Made by a program: the position numbers and the translations under genes. This document shows, in pieces, positions 37,265 through 47,176 of a stretch of DNA of 64,000 bases. Where the stretch lies: NCBI GenBank assembly GCA_964417875.1, contig CAYQJU010000001.1:39675-103674 (forward strand), given 5' to 3'. The stretch is from an uncultured Steroidobacteraceae bacterium. Its GTDB lineage: Bacteria; Pseudomonadota; Gammaproteobacteria; Steroidobacterales; Steroidobacteraceae. The stretch's first letter is position 1. Each line of letters begins with the position of its first letter. Under the pieces are notes generated by a model. It searched no databases. It saw nothing but the letters and a program-made list of their open reading frames with translations, and was not told where the DNA came from.

Positions 37265-38044
37265 GTGATCACGCTGACCACCGGGCAGATCGAGGCATGG
37301 CTGGCCGCGTGGCTGTGGCCATTCCTGCGCATCGGCGCCTGCCTGATGGTGGCGCCGGTGTTCGGCGCCCGCTTCGTGCCGGCGCGCGTGCGCCTGGTGC
37401 TGGCCGGTGCCATCGCGCTGGCCATCGCGCCGCTCTTGCCGCCGCTGCCGGCGGTATCGCCGTTCTCCGGCGAGGGCATCGTCATCACCGCGCAGCAGGT
37501 GCTGATCGGCGTGGCCATCGGCTTCGTGCTGCAGATCGTGTTCGACGCACTGGCGATGGGCGGCCAGCTGCTGGCCAACACCATGGGCCTGTCATTCGCC
37601 TTCAATGTCGATCCGCTGCGCGGCACCGGTGCGCCGGTGGTCGGCCAGTTCTACACGTTGATCGCGACGCTGACCTTCCTGGCGCTGAACGGACACCTGG
37701 CCATCGTGCAGGCGCTGGTGGATGGCTTCACCACAATGCCGGTGGGCATGCAGGGCCTGGGGCCGGAAGGCTACTGGCAGCTGGTGGGCTGGGGTTCGGC
37801 GCTGTTCCGTGGCGCGCTGATGGTGGCGTTGCCGGGGCTCACCGCACTGCTGATCGTCAATCTTGCCTTCGGTGTCGTCAGCCGCGCGGCGCCGACGCTG
37901 AACCTGTTCGCGATCGGCTTTCCCGCGACGCTGATCGGCGGCCTGCTGATCATCCTGGCCGGCCTGCCGGCGATGCAGGCCGGATTCACCGCGCTGATGC
38001 GCGAGACGCTGGCGCTGGCCACCACGCTGATGGGCGGGGGCTGA
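37265..38044 (+). CDS. fliR: Flagellar export apparatus protein FliR
   Basis: 259-aa polytopic membrane protein with a GTG start, positioned after fliQ. Confidence 0.92.
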   Translation: MITLTTGQIEAWLAAWLWPFLRIGACLMVAPVFGARFVPARVRLVLAGAIALAIAPLLPPLPAVSPFSGEGIVITAQQVLIGVAIGFVLQIVFDALAMGGQLLANTMGLSFAFNVDPLRGTGAPVVGQFYTLIATLTFLALNGHLAIVQALVDGFTTMPVGMQGLGPEGYWQLVGWGSALFRGALMVALPGLTALLIVNLAFGVVSRAAPTLNLFAIGFPATLIGGLLIILAGLPAMQAGFTALMRETLALATTLMGGG

Positions 38045-38045
38045 G

Positions 38046-39161
38046 ATGTCTGAATCCGACCGCAGCGACCGTACAGAACAACCTACACCGAAGAAGCTGG
38101 AGGATGCCCGCCGCGAGGGCCGGGTTCCCCGTTCGCGTGAGCTGACCACGGCTGCGGTGATGGTGACCGCCGGCGCGGTGCTGACCGTGACCGGCGATTC
38201 CATCGGCGCACAGCTGGGCGATGTGATGCGCGGCGGGCTGAGTGTGTCACGCGAGCAGGCCTTTGATGTCACCGCGATGACACGCACCTTCAGCCAGCTG
38301 GCGGCGGCTGCGCTGTATTCCATCGCGCCGGTGCTGCTGGTGACGCTGCTGGCAGCGCTGGCCACGCCGCTGGCGATCGGCGGCTGGGCGGCCAGCAGCA
38401 AGGCGATCGCGCCGGACTTCAAGCGCCTCTCGCCGCTGTCCGGCATCAAGCGCATGTTCAGCCTGCGCAGCTGGGTGGAACTGGGCAAGGCGCTGGCCAA
38501 GTTCGCCGTGGTGGCCATTGCCGCCACCGTGATCCTCAAGCTCAGCGCCGACCGGCTGATGGGACTGGGCTCCGAACCCATCAACACCGCCATCGGACAC
38601 GCCATCACGCTGTCCGGCCAGGCGCTGATCGGCCTGACCGCAGCGCTGGTGCTGATCGCGGCGGTGGACGTGCCCTTCCAGATCTGGCAGTTCCGCCAGG
38701 ACATGCGCATGACGCGTGATGAAGTGCGCCGCGAGCACAAGGAGGCGGAGGGCTCCCCGGAGGTCAAGGGCCGCATCCGCGCCCTGCAGCGCGAGATGGC
38801 CGAGCGCCGGATGATGGAGGAGGTCCCGCGCGCCGACGTGATCGTCGTGAATCCGACGCACTACGCGGTGGCGCTGCGCTATGACGACAAGACCATGCGC
38901 GCCCCGCGGGTGGTGGCCAAGGGCGTGGACCTGATGGCGCTTCGAATCCGTGAAGTGGCTTCCGGACACAACGTCCCGATCTTCGAGGCGCCGCCGCTGG
39001 CCCGCGCCTTGCATCGCCATGTGGAGATCGGTGACGAGATTCCGTCGGGGCTGTATGCCGCGGTCGCCCAGGTGCTGACCTACATCTTCCAGCTGCGCGC
39101 TGCGAAGGCAGGCAGGGCACCCCGGCCGGAACGTCCAACGATCGACATGCCCCAGGCGTGA
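38046..39161 (+). CDS. flhB: Flagellar export switch protein FlhB
   Basis: 371 aa with the N-terminal DRTEQPTPKKLEDARREGRVPRSRE and the NPTH autocleavage site (VVNPTHYAVAL). Confidence 0.96.
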   Translation: MSESDRSDRTEQPTPKKLEDARREGRVPRSRELTTAAVMVTAGAVLTVTGDSIGAQLGDVMRGGLSVSREQAFDVTAMTRTFSQLAAAALYSIAPVLLVTLLAALATPLAIGGWAASSKAIAPDFKRLSPLSGIKRMFSLRSWVELGKALAKFAVVAIAATVILKLSADRLMGLGSEPINTAIGHAITLSGQALIGLTAALVLIAAVDVPFQIWQFRQDMRMTRDEVRREHKEAEGSPEVKGRIRALQREMAERRMMEEVPRADVIVVNPTHYAVALRYDDKTMRAPRVVAKGVDLMALRIREVASGHNVPIFEAPPLARALHRHVEIGDEIPSGLYAAVAQVLTYIFQLRAAKAGRAPRPERPTIDMPQA

Positions 39162-39177
39162 TGGCTGAAGGAAACAG

Positions 39178-41253
39178 GTGCAGCAGACTCTGACAATCCG
39201 TGACGTGCTTCGCAGCGGCCTGGGCGTGCCGCTGGGCCTGCTGGCCGTGCTCGCCATGGTCGTGCTGCCGCTGCCGCCGCTGGCGCTGGACGTGCTGTTC
39301 ACCTTCAACATCGCGCTGTCGCTGGTGGTGATGATGGCGGTGTTCTACGTCGCCCGGCCGCTGGACTTCGGCGTGTTCCCCAGCGTGCTGCTGATGGCGA
39401 CGCTGCTGCGCCTGGCGCTGAACGTCGCCTCCACCCGCGTGGTGCTGCTGCACGGGCACACCGGCACCGGCGCGGCCGGCAAGGTGATCGAGTCCTTCGG
39501 CGAGTTCGTGGTCGGCGGTAACTATGCCGTCGGCGTGACCGTGTTCGTGATCCTCACCATCATCAACTTCGTGGTGATCACCAAGGGTTCCGGCCGCGTC
39601 TCGGAAGTGACCGCACGCTTCACGCTCGATGCCATGCCCGGCAAGCAGATGGCCATCGATGCCGACATGAATGCCGGCCTGATCACGCAGGAAGAGGCGC
39701 GCACCCGCCGCCAGGAAGTGCGCGCCGAGGCCGACTTCTACGGCTCGATGGACGGCGCCAGCAAGTTCGTGCGCGGCGACGCGGTGGCGGCCATCATCAT
39801 CCTTGTGGCGCAGATGGTCGGCGGCCTGATCATCGGCGTCACCGCACATGACATGGCGATGGGCGATGCGGCCCGCACCTACACGCTGCTGACCATCGGC
39901 GATGGCCTGGTGGCCCAGATCCCGGCGCTGCTGCTGTCCAGCGCCGTGGCCATCATCGTCACCCGCATGTCCCGCTCGCAGGACATGGGCGGGGAGATCG
40001 GCCGCCAGCTCTTCGGCCAGCCGAAGGCGCTGGCCGTCGCCGCGGCGGTGATCGGCGTGATGGGCCTGATCCCCGGCATGCCGAACATGGCCTTCCTCGG
40101 CATTGCGGCGCTGTGTGGCTTCGGCGCCTACATGGTGCGCAAGAAGGCCGCGGCGGCGGCTGCCGAAACCGCCCGCCAGCAGGCGCAGCCGGCACCGGTG
40201 GCGCAGCCCGAATCGCGCGAACTTTCGTGGGATGACGTGCGTCCGGTCGACCTGCTGGGCCTCGAGGTGGGTTACCGCCTGGTGCCGCTGGTGGATACCA
40301 GCCAGGGTGGCGACCTGCTGGCGCGCGTGCGCGGCGTGCGCCGCAAGCTCACCCAGGAGCTGGGTTTCCTGATCCCGGCCGTGCACATCCGCGACAACCT
40401 CGAGTTCGCGCCCACCGCCTATCGCATCAACATCTCCGGCGTGCCGGTGGGCGAGGGCGTGGTCTATCCGGAACGCGAGCTGGCCATCAATCCGGGCAAG
40501 GTGTTCGGCAAGGTCAATGGCATCGATACCACCGACCCGGCCTTCGGCATGGAAGCGGTGTGGATCGACCCGGGTTCGCGCGACCATGCGCAGACGCTGG
40601 GCTACACCGTGGTCGATCCGGGCACCGTGATCGCCACGCACATCTCGCACCTGGTGCAGACCCATGCGCACGAGCTGCTGGGTCACGAGGAAGTGCAGCA
40701 GCTGCTCAACAGCCTCGGCAAGTCCGCGCCAAAGCTGGTCGAAGACCTGGTGCCGCGCGTGCTGCCGATGAGCATCGTGGTGCGCGTGCTGCAGGGCCTG
40801 CTGGCCGAGCGCGTGCCGATCCGCAACATGCGCACCATCATCGAGACGCTGGCCGATGCCGCGCCGCGCAGCCAGGACCCGGCCGTGCTGCAGGCACAGG
40901 TGCGCGTCGCGCTGGGCCGCCAGATCGTGCAGGACATCGCCGGCCTGAAGGACGAGCTGCCGGTGATCACGCTCGAGAACGAACTGGAACAGCTGCTGCA
41001 GGGATCACTGGCAGCCGGTGGCGCAACGCCGGGCCTCGAGCCCGGTCTTGCCGAACGCCTGCAGCAGCAGCTGGCCGGCGCCGCGCGCCGCCAGGAAACC
41101 CTGGGCGAGCCGGCCGTGCTGCTGGTGCCGCCCTCGCTGCGCCAGACCCTGGCGCGCTTCGTGCGCGCCGGCGTGCCCGGCCTGCAGGTGCTCGCCTGGA
41201 ACGAGATTCCCGACAACCGCCGTGTCCGGCTGGTAACCGCCGTAGGAAAGTAA
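39178..41253 (+). CDS. flhA: Flagellar export gate protein FlhA
   Basis: 691 aa with FHIPEP-region motifs (GGNYAVGVTVFVILTIINFVVITKGSGRVSEV, ARFTLDAMPGKQMAIDAD) and a large cytoplasmic C-domain. Confidence 0.96.
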   Translation: MQQTLTIRDVLRSGLGVPLGLLAVLAMVVLPLPPLALDVLFTFNIALSLVVMMAVFYVARPLDFGVFPSVLLMATLLRLALNVASTRVVLLHGHTGTGAAGKVIESFGEFVVGGNYAVGVTVFVILTIINFVVITKGSGRVSEVTARFTLDAMPGKQMAIDADMNAGLITQEEARTRRQEVRAEADFYGSMDGASKFVRGDAVAAIIILVAQMVGGLIIGVTAHDMAMGDAARTYTLLTIGDGLVAQIPALLLSSAVAIIVTRMSRSQDMGGEIGRQLFGQPKALAVAAAVIGVMGLIPGMPNMAFLGIAALCGFGAYMVRKKAAAAAAETARQQAQPAPVAQPESRELSWDDVRPVDLLGLEVGYRLVPLVDTSQGGDLLARVRGVRRKLTQELGFLIPAVHIRDNLEFAPTAYRINISGVPVGEGVVYPERELAINPGKVFGKVNGIDTTDPAFGMEAVWIDPGSRDHAQTLGYTVVDPGTVIATHISHLVQTHAHELLGHEEVQQLLNSLGKSAPKLVEDLVPRVLPMSIVVRVLQGLLAERVPIRNMRTIIETLADAAPRSQDPAVLQAQVRVALGRQIVQDIAGLKDELPVITLENELEQLLQGSLAAGGATPGLEPGLAERLQQQLAGAARRQETLGEPAVLLVPPSLRQTLARFVRAGVPGLQVLAWNEIPDNRRVRLVTAVGK

Positions 41254-41256
41254 GCC

Positions 41257-42573
41257 ATGAAGATCAAGACCTATACCACCCGGGACATGCGCAGCGCGCT
41301 GCGCCTTGTACGGGACGAACAGGGACCGGATGCCGTCATCCTGTCCACGCGACACCTGCCTGAGGGTGTCGAGGTGACCGTGGCGGTGGATCCGGAAGCG
41401 GACCTGTTCGCCGCAGCGCCCGCCGCTTCGCCTGCTGCGGCGCCTGCGCAGGTCTTCAGGACCGCGGCGGTGACGCCTGCGCCCGCGCCAGCCGCAATCA
41501 ATGCCCCGTTGACGGCACCGATGCCGGCGATGAATGCGGCATCGACGCCGACGCCGGACTTCACCACCATCCTCGCCCGTGCCGCGGAAGATGCCGCAGC
41601 GACGCAGGTGCCGTCGCTGGTCGCGCCGGCACCGGCCACAGATGCCCGCCTCGGCGATGAACTGCGCACCATGCGCCACCTGCTCGAGCGCCAGCTTGCG
41701 CAACTGGCCTGGAACGACCTGACCCGCCGCGCTCCCGAGACCGCCGAGCTGCTGAAGGAGCTCACGTCGATGGGCGTGGCCGCCGACCTGACCCAGCAGC
41801 TGCTGGCCGAGCTGCCCGATGGCATCGGCCTTGATGATGCCCAGCGGCGCGTGCTGGCCATGCTCACCCGCCGCATCGCCACCACCGGCGATGCGTTGCT
41901 GGAGAATGGCGGCCGCATCGCCTTCGTCGGTCCCACCGGCGTCGGCAAGACCACTGGCATCGCCAAGCTCGCCGCGCGCTGGGTGATGCGCCACGGCGTG
42001 CGTGACATCGCGCTGGTGTCGCTGGACGACCAGCGTTTCGGCGCACAGGAACAGCTGCGCGTGCTCGGCCGCCTGCTCGGCGTCGAGTGCTACACGCTGG
42101 ATGACGCCGAAGCGCTGCCGGCACTGCTGGCGCGCCTGGCGCAGCATCGCCTGGTGCTGATCGATACGGCCGGCATCGGCGCCGCGCATGCCGACCTGCC
42201 GGCGCGCGCCGCACAGCTCGACCGCATCGCGTGCGCAGCCGGCGTCGATGTCTGGCTGACGCTGTCGGCCGGGGCGCAGGCCGGTGTGATCGGCGATGCC
42301 GTGCGCGCCTTCGCGCGCTTCAATACCCGCGCGCTGCTGCTGACCCGGCTCGACGAAGCCGTGAGCCTCGGCGGCACGCTGTCGGCGCTGGCCAGCTCCG
42401 GCCTGCCGGTGGCCTATGTGTCCAGTGGCCAGCGAATTCCGGAGGACCTCGCGCCGGCCCGCGCCCACCAGCTGGTGGCGCGCGCGGTGTTCCTGGCGCG
42501 TAGCGCCGACACCTCGGTGGGCGAGGAACTGCTGGTCCGCCGTTTCGGAGGAGTCGCGCATGCAATCGGCTGA
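41257..42573 (+). CDS. flhF: Flagellar placement SRP-type GTPase FlhF
   Basis: 438 aa with a basic/Ala-Pro-rich N-terminal region and G-domain motifs GPTGVGKTT, DTAG and TRLDE. Confidence 0.92.
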   Translation: MKIKTYTTRDMRSALRLVRDEQGPDAVILSTRHLPEGVEVTVAVDPEADLFAAAPAASPAAAPAQVFRTAAVTPAPAPAAINAPLTAPMPAMNAASTPTPDFTTILARAAEDAAATQVPSLVAPAPATDARLGDELRTMRHLLERQLAQLAWNDLTRRAPETAELLKELTSMGVAADLTQQLLAELPDGIGLDDAQRRVLAMLTRRIATTGDALLENGGRIAFVGPTGVGKTTGIAKLAARWVMRHGVRDIALVSLDDQRFGAQEQLRVLGRLLGVECYTLDDAEALPALLARLAQHRLVLIDTAGIGAAHADLPARAAQLDRIACAAGVDVWLTLSAGAQAGVIGDAVRAFARFNTRALLLTRLDEAVSLGGTLSALASSGLPVAYVSSGQRIPEDLAPARAHQLVARAVFLARSADTSVGEELLVRRFGGVAHAIG

Positions 42574-43450
42574 GGGCGGATTCACCGCGGCGCAGACTGC
42601 CGGCATCCGCGCGGCCGTGCAGCCCGGTCCGGTGCAGGTGATCGCCGTCAGTGGCGGCAAGGGCGGCGTCGGCAAGACCTGCGTGTCCGTCAATCTCGCC
42701 GCCGCACTGGCGGCACAGCACAAGCGCGTGCTGCTGCTCGATGGCGACCTGGGGCTGGCCAATGTCGATGTGCAGCTCGGCCTCACGCCGCGCTTCACGC
42801 TGGAGCATGTGCTCGACGGCCGCTGCACGCTTGAAGAGGCTGTGGTTCAAACCCCGGCCGGTTTCCAGCTGATTCCCGCCGCCTCCGGCGTCGCGCGGCT
42901 CGCCAGCCTCAGCACCGCCGAGCACCTGGGGCTGGTGCAGGCCTTCAGCCACCTGACCCTGGGCCTCGATGTGCTGATCGTCGACACCGCCGCGGGCATC
43001 GCCGATGGCGTGCGCCAGCTCTGCCAGGCGGCGCAGCATGTGCTGGTGGTGGTCAACGATGAGCCTGCCTCGCTCACCGACGCCTATGCGCTGGTCAAGG
43101 TGCTGCACCGCTCGCATGGACTGCGGCATTTCCACATCCTCGCCAACCGTTCGGTGGGCGTGGGCAGCGGCGAGCAGCTGTTCCGCAAGCTCGAGCGCGT
43201 GGCCGGGCGGTTCCTCGACGTGGTGCTGGAGTACGCCGGCGAGATTCCCGACGACACCTTCGTGCGCAGTGCCGTTCGCATGCAGCGCTGCGTGGTGGGA
43301 GCCTATCCCTCCAGCCCCGCCGCGCGTGCCTTCACGCGGCTGGCCTCCCGCACCGCGAAATGGCCCGCGGGTTCGCCGCGCGGCAACGTCGAGTTCTTCA
43401 TCGAACGGCTGCTGCCGCGCGCTCCCGTGCGCCTCGAGGTCGCACGGTGA
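42560..43450 (+). CDS. fleN: MinD/ParA-type flagellar number regulator FleN/FlhG
   Basis: ATG at 42560 lies inside the listed ORF 42416..43450. The deviant Walker A is SGGKGGVGKT. 296 aa; overlaps the flhF 3' end by 14 nt. Confidence 0.9.
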   Translation: MQSAEGGFTAAQTAGIRAAVQPGPVQVIAVSGGKGGVGKTCVSVNLAAALAAQHKRVLLLDGDLGLANVDVQLGLTPRFTLEHVLDGRCTLEEAVVQTPAGFQLIPAASGVARLASLSTAEHLGLVQAFSHLTLGLDVLIVDTAAGIADGVRQLCQAAQHVLVVVNDEPASLTDAYALVKVLHRSHGLRHFHILANRSVGVGSGEQLFRKLERVAGRFLDVVLEYAGEIPDDTFVRSAVRMQRCVVGAYPSSPAARAFTRLASRTAKWPAGSPRGNVEFFIERLLPRAPVRLEVAR

Positions 43451-44163
43451 GACAGGTCGGTGCCTACAGTGCGGTGGCCGGCAGCCGGCGCGAGGCCGAC
43501 GCACTGGTGGTGCGCCATGCCGAGCTGGTCAAGCGCATCGCCTACCACCTGGCCGGCCGCCTGCCGCCCAGCGTGGATGTGGATGACCTGATCCAGGCCG
43601 GAATGATCGGCCTGCTGGAAGCCGCCGCGCACTACAGTGCCGATCGCGGCGCCAGCTTCGAGACCTATGCCGGCATCCGCATCCGCGGCGCGATGATCGA
43701 CGCGCTGCGCAAGCTCGACTGGGCACCGCGCTCGGTGCATCGCCGTGCCCGCGAGGCCGCCGCCGCGATGCGCGGCATCGAGGAGCGCGAGGGCCGCGAG
43801 GCGCGCGATGCCGAGGTGGCCGAGGCAATGGGCGTGCCGCTGGATGAATACAACCGCATCGTGCAGGACGCGGCCGCCTGCCAGGTGACCAGCCTGGATG
43901 ATTCCACCGGCGCGACCGATGTGCCCGACAACTCAACCGATCCCGGCAGCGAGACCGAGCAGGGCGAACTGCGCACCGCGATGGCCGCCGCCATCGGCAA
44001 CCTGCCCGAGCGCGAACGCCTTGTGATGTCGCTGTACTACGACGAGGAACTGAACCTGAAGGAAATTGGTGCCGTGCTCGGCGTCAGTGAATCGCGGGTC
44101 TGCCAGATCCACGGCCAGGCCCTGGTCCGCCTGCGCGCGCGCATGCGCGAATGGCGGACCTGA
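43447..44163 (+). CDS. fliA: Flagellar sigma factor sigma-28 (FliA)
   Basis: GTG at 43447 overlaps the fleN stop (GTGA). Region 2 reads DLIQAGMIGLLEAAAHY and region 4 reads LNLKEIGAVLGVSESRVCQIH. 238 aa. Confidence 0.92.
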   Translation: MRQVGAYSAVAGSRREADALVVRHAELVKRIAYHLAGRLPPSVDVDDLIQAGMIGLLEAAAHYSADRGASFETYAGIRIRGAMIDALRKLDWAPRSVHRRAREAAAAMRGIEEREGREARDAEVAEAMGVPLDEYNRIVQDAAACQVTSLDDSTGATDVPDNSTDPGSETEQGELRTAMAAAIGNLPERERLVMSLYYDEELNLKEIGAVLGVSESRVCQIHGQALVRLRARMREWRT

Positions 44164-44178
44164 CCGGAGGATGCAAGC

Positions 44179-44913
44179 GTGCTGAGCCTGATTGGAATCA
44201 TCCTGGCGCTGGTGGCGCTGCTGGTCGGAGCCGTGCTGAAGGGCGCCGGCCTGCATGCGCTGCTGTCGTGGGCGGCGCTGATGATCGTGGTGGTGGGCAC
44301 CTTTGCCGCCATCCTGGTCCAGACGCCCGGGCGGGTGATGCAGCGCGCGTTCGCCATCCTGCCATGGGTGTTCCGTTCGCCGGTGCCTGACCGCCGCGCC
44401 ATCATCGCGCGCATGGTGGAGTGGAGCCAGGTGGCGCGCCGCCAGGGCCTGCTGGGCCTTGAGCCGCAACTCGATGAGGAGAAGGACGACTTCATCCGCA
44501 AGGGGCTGCAGCTGGTCATCGACGGCAGCGAGCCGGAGGACATCCGCAGCATCCTCGAGGTGGAACTGGAAGGCCGCGAAGCCGCCGACCTGCGCGCCGC
44601 GAAGGTGTTCGAAGGCATGGGCGTGTATGCGCCGACGCTGGGCATCGTCGGTGCCGTGCTCGGCCTGATGTCGGTGATGCAGAACCTCACCGATCCGGCG
44701 CGCCTCGGCACCGGCATCGCCGCCGCATTCACCGCCACCGTGTATGGCATCGCGCTGGCCAACCTGTTCCTGCTGCCGATGGCCAACAAGCTGAAGAACT
44801 CGGCGCAGGCACTGGGGCATGTGCGGCAGATGGTGGTCGAGGGCATGATTGCCATCGCGCAGGGCGAGAATCCGCGCAGCATCGACTACCGCCTGCAGAG
44901 CTACCTGCACTGA
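44179..44913 (+). CDS. motC: Second flagellar stator protein, MotA/PomA family (MotC-like)
   Basis: 244 aa with a GTG start, four TM helices and the C-terminal GIAAAFTATVYGIALANLFLLPMANKL typical of MotA/TolQ/ExbB channels. It follows fliA as in Pseudomonas-type clusters. Confidence 0.88.
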   Translation: MLSLIGIILALVALLVGAVLKGAGLHALLSWAALMIVVVGTFAAILVQTPGRVMQRAFAILPWVFRSPVPDRRAIIARMVEWSQVARRQGLLGLEPQLDEEKDDFIRKGLQLVIDGSEPEDIRSILEVELEGREAADLRAAKVFEGMGVYAPTLGIVGAVLGLMSVMQNLTDPARLGTGIAAAFTATVYGIALANLFLLPMANKLKNSAQALGHVRQMVVEGMIAIAQGENPRSIDYRLQSYLH

Positions 44914-45680
44914 TGGCCCGGCGCCGGCGTCAACGGCCCGAGGAGCACGCCAACCACGAGGGATGGGCCATTCCCTATGGCGATCTTGTGACCTTGCTGC
45001 TGGCCTTCTTCGTCGTGATGTATGCCATCTCACAGGTCAACGAGGGCAAGTACCGCGTGCTGTCCGATTCATTGAACGCCGCATTCCGCGGCGAGCCCAC
45101 CACCTTCGATCCGGTGCAGGTGGGCCAGCCGGCCGCCAGCACCGTGGCCGCCCCCATCGTGCAGCTGCCCGAGGAGATCCGCAGCATGGCCATGCGCCAG
45201 CTCGCGCAGCAGGCCATGGAAGCGATGGATCCCCTGATCCGCCAGGGCCTGGTTGATGTGGAAGCCGGCGAGGGCAGGCTGACCATCGCCATCCGCTCGG
45301 ACATCCTGTTTGCCTCCGGCTCGGCATCGCCCTCGGCGCAGGCGCAATCGGTGGCGCGGCTGCTGGGCGAGGTGCTGCGCGCCTTCCCGGTCAACATCAG
45401 GGTGCAGGGCCATACCGACAATGTGCCGGTGGTATCGGGCAGCTATCCCTCCAACTGGGAATTGTCGGCGGCGCGCGCCGCAAGCGTGGTGCATCTGCTG
45501 GTGGCAGGCGGCGTCGCGCCGCAACGCCTGGCCGCTGTCGCCCATGGCGAATATCAGCCCGTGCTTCCGAACGACACGCCCGACGGACGCAACGCCAATC
45601 GCCGCGTGGTGCTGCTGGTGGAGGCCGGCGATGGCGCCGACGCAGCGGCCGCCGTGCAGGCCACCGCAGATTCCACGTGA
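44913..45680 (+). CDS. motD: Second flagellar stator protein, MotB family (MotD-like)
   Basis: 255 aa with WAIPYGDLVTLLLAFFVVMYA and an OmpA-like domain (VQGHTDNVP...NRRVVLLV). It overlaps the motC stop. Confidence 0.88.
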   Translation: MARRRRQRPEEHANHEGWAIPYGDLVTLLLAFFVVMYAISQVNEGKYRVLSDSLNAAFRGEPTTFDPVQVGQPAASTVAAPIVQLPEEIRSMAMRQLAQQAMEAMDPLIRQGLVDVEAGEGRLTIAIRSDILFASGSASPSAQAQSVARLLGEVLRAFPVNIRVQGHTDNVPVVSGSYPSNWELSAARAASVVHLLVAGGVAPQRLAAVAHGEYQPVLPNDTPDGRNANRRVVLLVEAGDGADAAAAVQATADST

Positions 45681-45690
45681 CCCGCATCAC
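45677..45690. promoter_or_regulatory. GTGAC-CCGC-ATCAC inverted repeat overlapping the motD stop codon
   Basis: It matches GTGAY-N4-RTCAC perfectly. The centre lies exactly 64 bp upstream of the GG of the downstream sigma-54 promoter, the same offset as at flgB. Confidence 0.5.
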
Positions 45691-45745
45691 GTTGCAGGTC
45701 CTGCGCGCGCGGTGCGCGGCCTGATCCGAAGCCAGGCCGCCGCGC

Positions 45746-45761
45746 TGGCACGCTTCCTGCT
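45746..45761 (+). promoter_or_regulatory. Sigma-54 promoter of the DUF2802-HDOD gene pair
   Basis: TGGCAC-GCTTC-CTGCT. It lies 55 nt upstream of ATG 45816, which has an AAGGA SD. Confidence 0.65.
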
Positions 45762-45815
45762 CCATTCCCTGCAGGTGCCGGCGGACCGGCGCATGCATTC
45801 ATCAAGGATTTCGCA

Positions 45816-46205
45816 ATGAGCATGAACCTGCTGTTCGAACAGAACGAATGGATCTTCTTCGCCGCGCGCGCGGCGATGCTGGCCGTCGCGATGCTGGGCT
45901 TTGCATGGGCACTGGGGCGCTGGCGCCGCGCCGGCAGCCGCGACATGCAGCGCATGTTCGAGGAAACCCGCGTGCTGCAGCAGCTCACGCAGCAGCTCGC
46001 CGCACAGGTGACCGAGCTCAAGGCGCGCGTCGAGGACGGCCGCGAGCTGGCCGTGGCAGCCGCCGGACCTGCCGCGCGCGGCTACGACCTGGCCCTGCAG
46101 CTGGCGCGCAACGGCGCGCGGCCGGAAGAGATTGTCAATGCCTGCGGTGTGACGCGCCACGAAGCGCAGCTGCTTGCGCAGCTGCACAATCCGGCCCGTC
46201 ACTGA
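45816..46205 (+). CDS. DUF2802-like flagellar/chemotaxis-cluster protein
   Basis: 129 aa with an N-terminal TM segment, a central coiled coil and the C-terminal EEIVNACGVTRHEAQLLAQLH helix-turn-helix-like tail that I associate with DUF2802 proteins at the ends of Pseudomonas/Vibrio che-mot clusters. There is a good SD (AAGGA). Confidence 0.6.
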   Translation: MSMNLLFEQNEWIFFAARAAMLAVAMLGFAWALGRWRRAGSRDMQRMFEETRVLQQLTQQLAAQVTELKARVEDGRELAVAAAGPAARGYDLALQLARNGARPEEIVNACGVTRHEAQLLAQLHNPARH

Positions 46206-46231
46206 TCAACGATCCGGAGTCCGACGATCCC

Positions 46232-47116
46232 ATGTCTGCCGAGCGCCAGGAGAATGCCGCCCGTCCCGAGCACTGGGATGCCTTCACCTTCGTCAAGGAA
46301 CTGGCTGCCGAGGCTTCTGCGGGCCGGATCGAGATTCCCGCCTTTCCCGATGTCGCGATGCGCATCCGCCGCGTGCTGGCGGACGAGAACTGCGACGCCG
46401 GCCAGGTCGCCCGGGTGGTCAGCGCTGAACCGGCGCTGGCCGCGCGCCTGCTGCACATGGCCAACTCCGCTGCATTCAATCCCGGCAGCGCAAAGGTCAC
46501 CGAACTGAAGGGTGCGATCGCACGCATCGGCTTCGCCAATGTGCGCACCGCGTCCCTGGCCTATGCGATGGATCAGCTGCGCAATGCCGAGGCGCTCGAA
46601 CCGATTCGCGCGCCGCTGAACGCGCTGTGGGAACGCAGCGTGAAGGTCGCGGCGATGGCGCATGTGGCCGCGCGCAGCTGGACGCGCATCAGTCCCGACC
46701 TTGCATTGCTGGCCGGCCTGATGCACGCCATGGGAAGCCTGTACATCATGACGCGCGCCGCGAACCATCCTGGCCTGTTTGCCGATGCCGCCGCCTACCA
46801 GCAGATCGTCAGCCAGTGGCATGCGCCGATTGCGCGCATGGTGCTGGAAAGCTGGGACATGTCGCCCGATGTAGTCGAGGCGGTGGAAAAACATGAACAT
46901 CCGGACCGCGAACCCGGTGCCTCGGCCGACCTCACCGACGTGCTGGCCGTGGCCGCGCTGCTGGCCAGTTTTCCGTCGGACCCGGAAGCGCTCGAGGCAC
47001 AGCTTGCCGCCACGCCTTCCAGCCGCCGCCTGCGCCTGACCTCCGATTCCGTGCAGAAGGTGCTGCAGGAATCGGCGGCCGACCTGGCCAGCCTGCACGC
47101 CGCCCTCGGCGGCTGA
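46232..47116 (+). CDS. HDOD domain protein
   Basis: ATG at 46232 lies within the listed ORF 45848..47116. IPAFPDVAMRIRRVL, PALAARLLHMANSAAF, AIARIGFANVRT, WERSVKVAAMAH and AGLMHAMGSLYI are typical HDOD motifs. 294 aa. Confidence 0.85.
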   Translation: MSAERQENAARPEHWDAFTFVKELAAEASAGRIEIPAFPDVAMRIRRVLADENCDAGQVARVVSAEPALAARLLHMANSAAFNPGSAKVTELKGAIARIGFANVRTASLAYAMDQLRNAEALEPIRAPLNALWERSVKVAAMAHVAARSWTRISPDLALLAGLMHAMGSLYIMTRAANHPGLFADAAAYQQIVSQWHAPIARMVLESWDMSPDVVEAVEKHEHPDREPGASADLTDVLAVAALLASFPSDPEALEAQLAATPSSRRLRLTSDSVQKVLQESAADLASLHAALGG

Positions 47117-47150
47117 TCGCCGCGAGCGGGCCGCCGGCCCCGCGTCATCC

Positions 47151-47176
47151 GGCGCCGGTTTTCCGGCGCCACTTTG
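47151..47176 (+). terminator. Hairpin / weak terminator after the HDOD gene
   Basis: GGCGCCGG-tttt-CCGGCGCC forms a perfect 8-bp stem followed by ACTTTG. The T tract is short. Confidence 0.4.
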
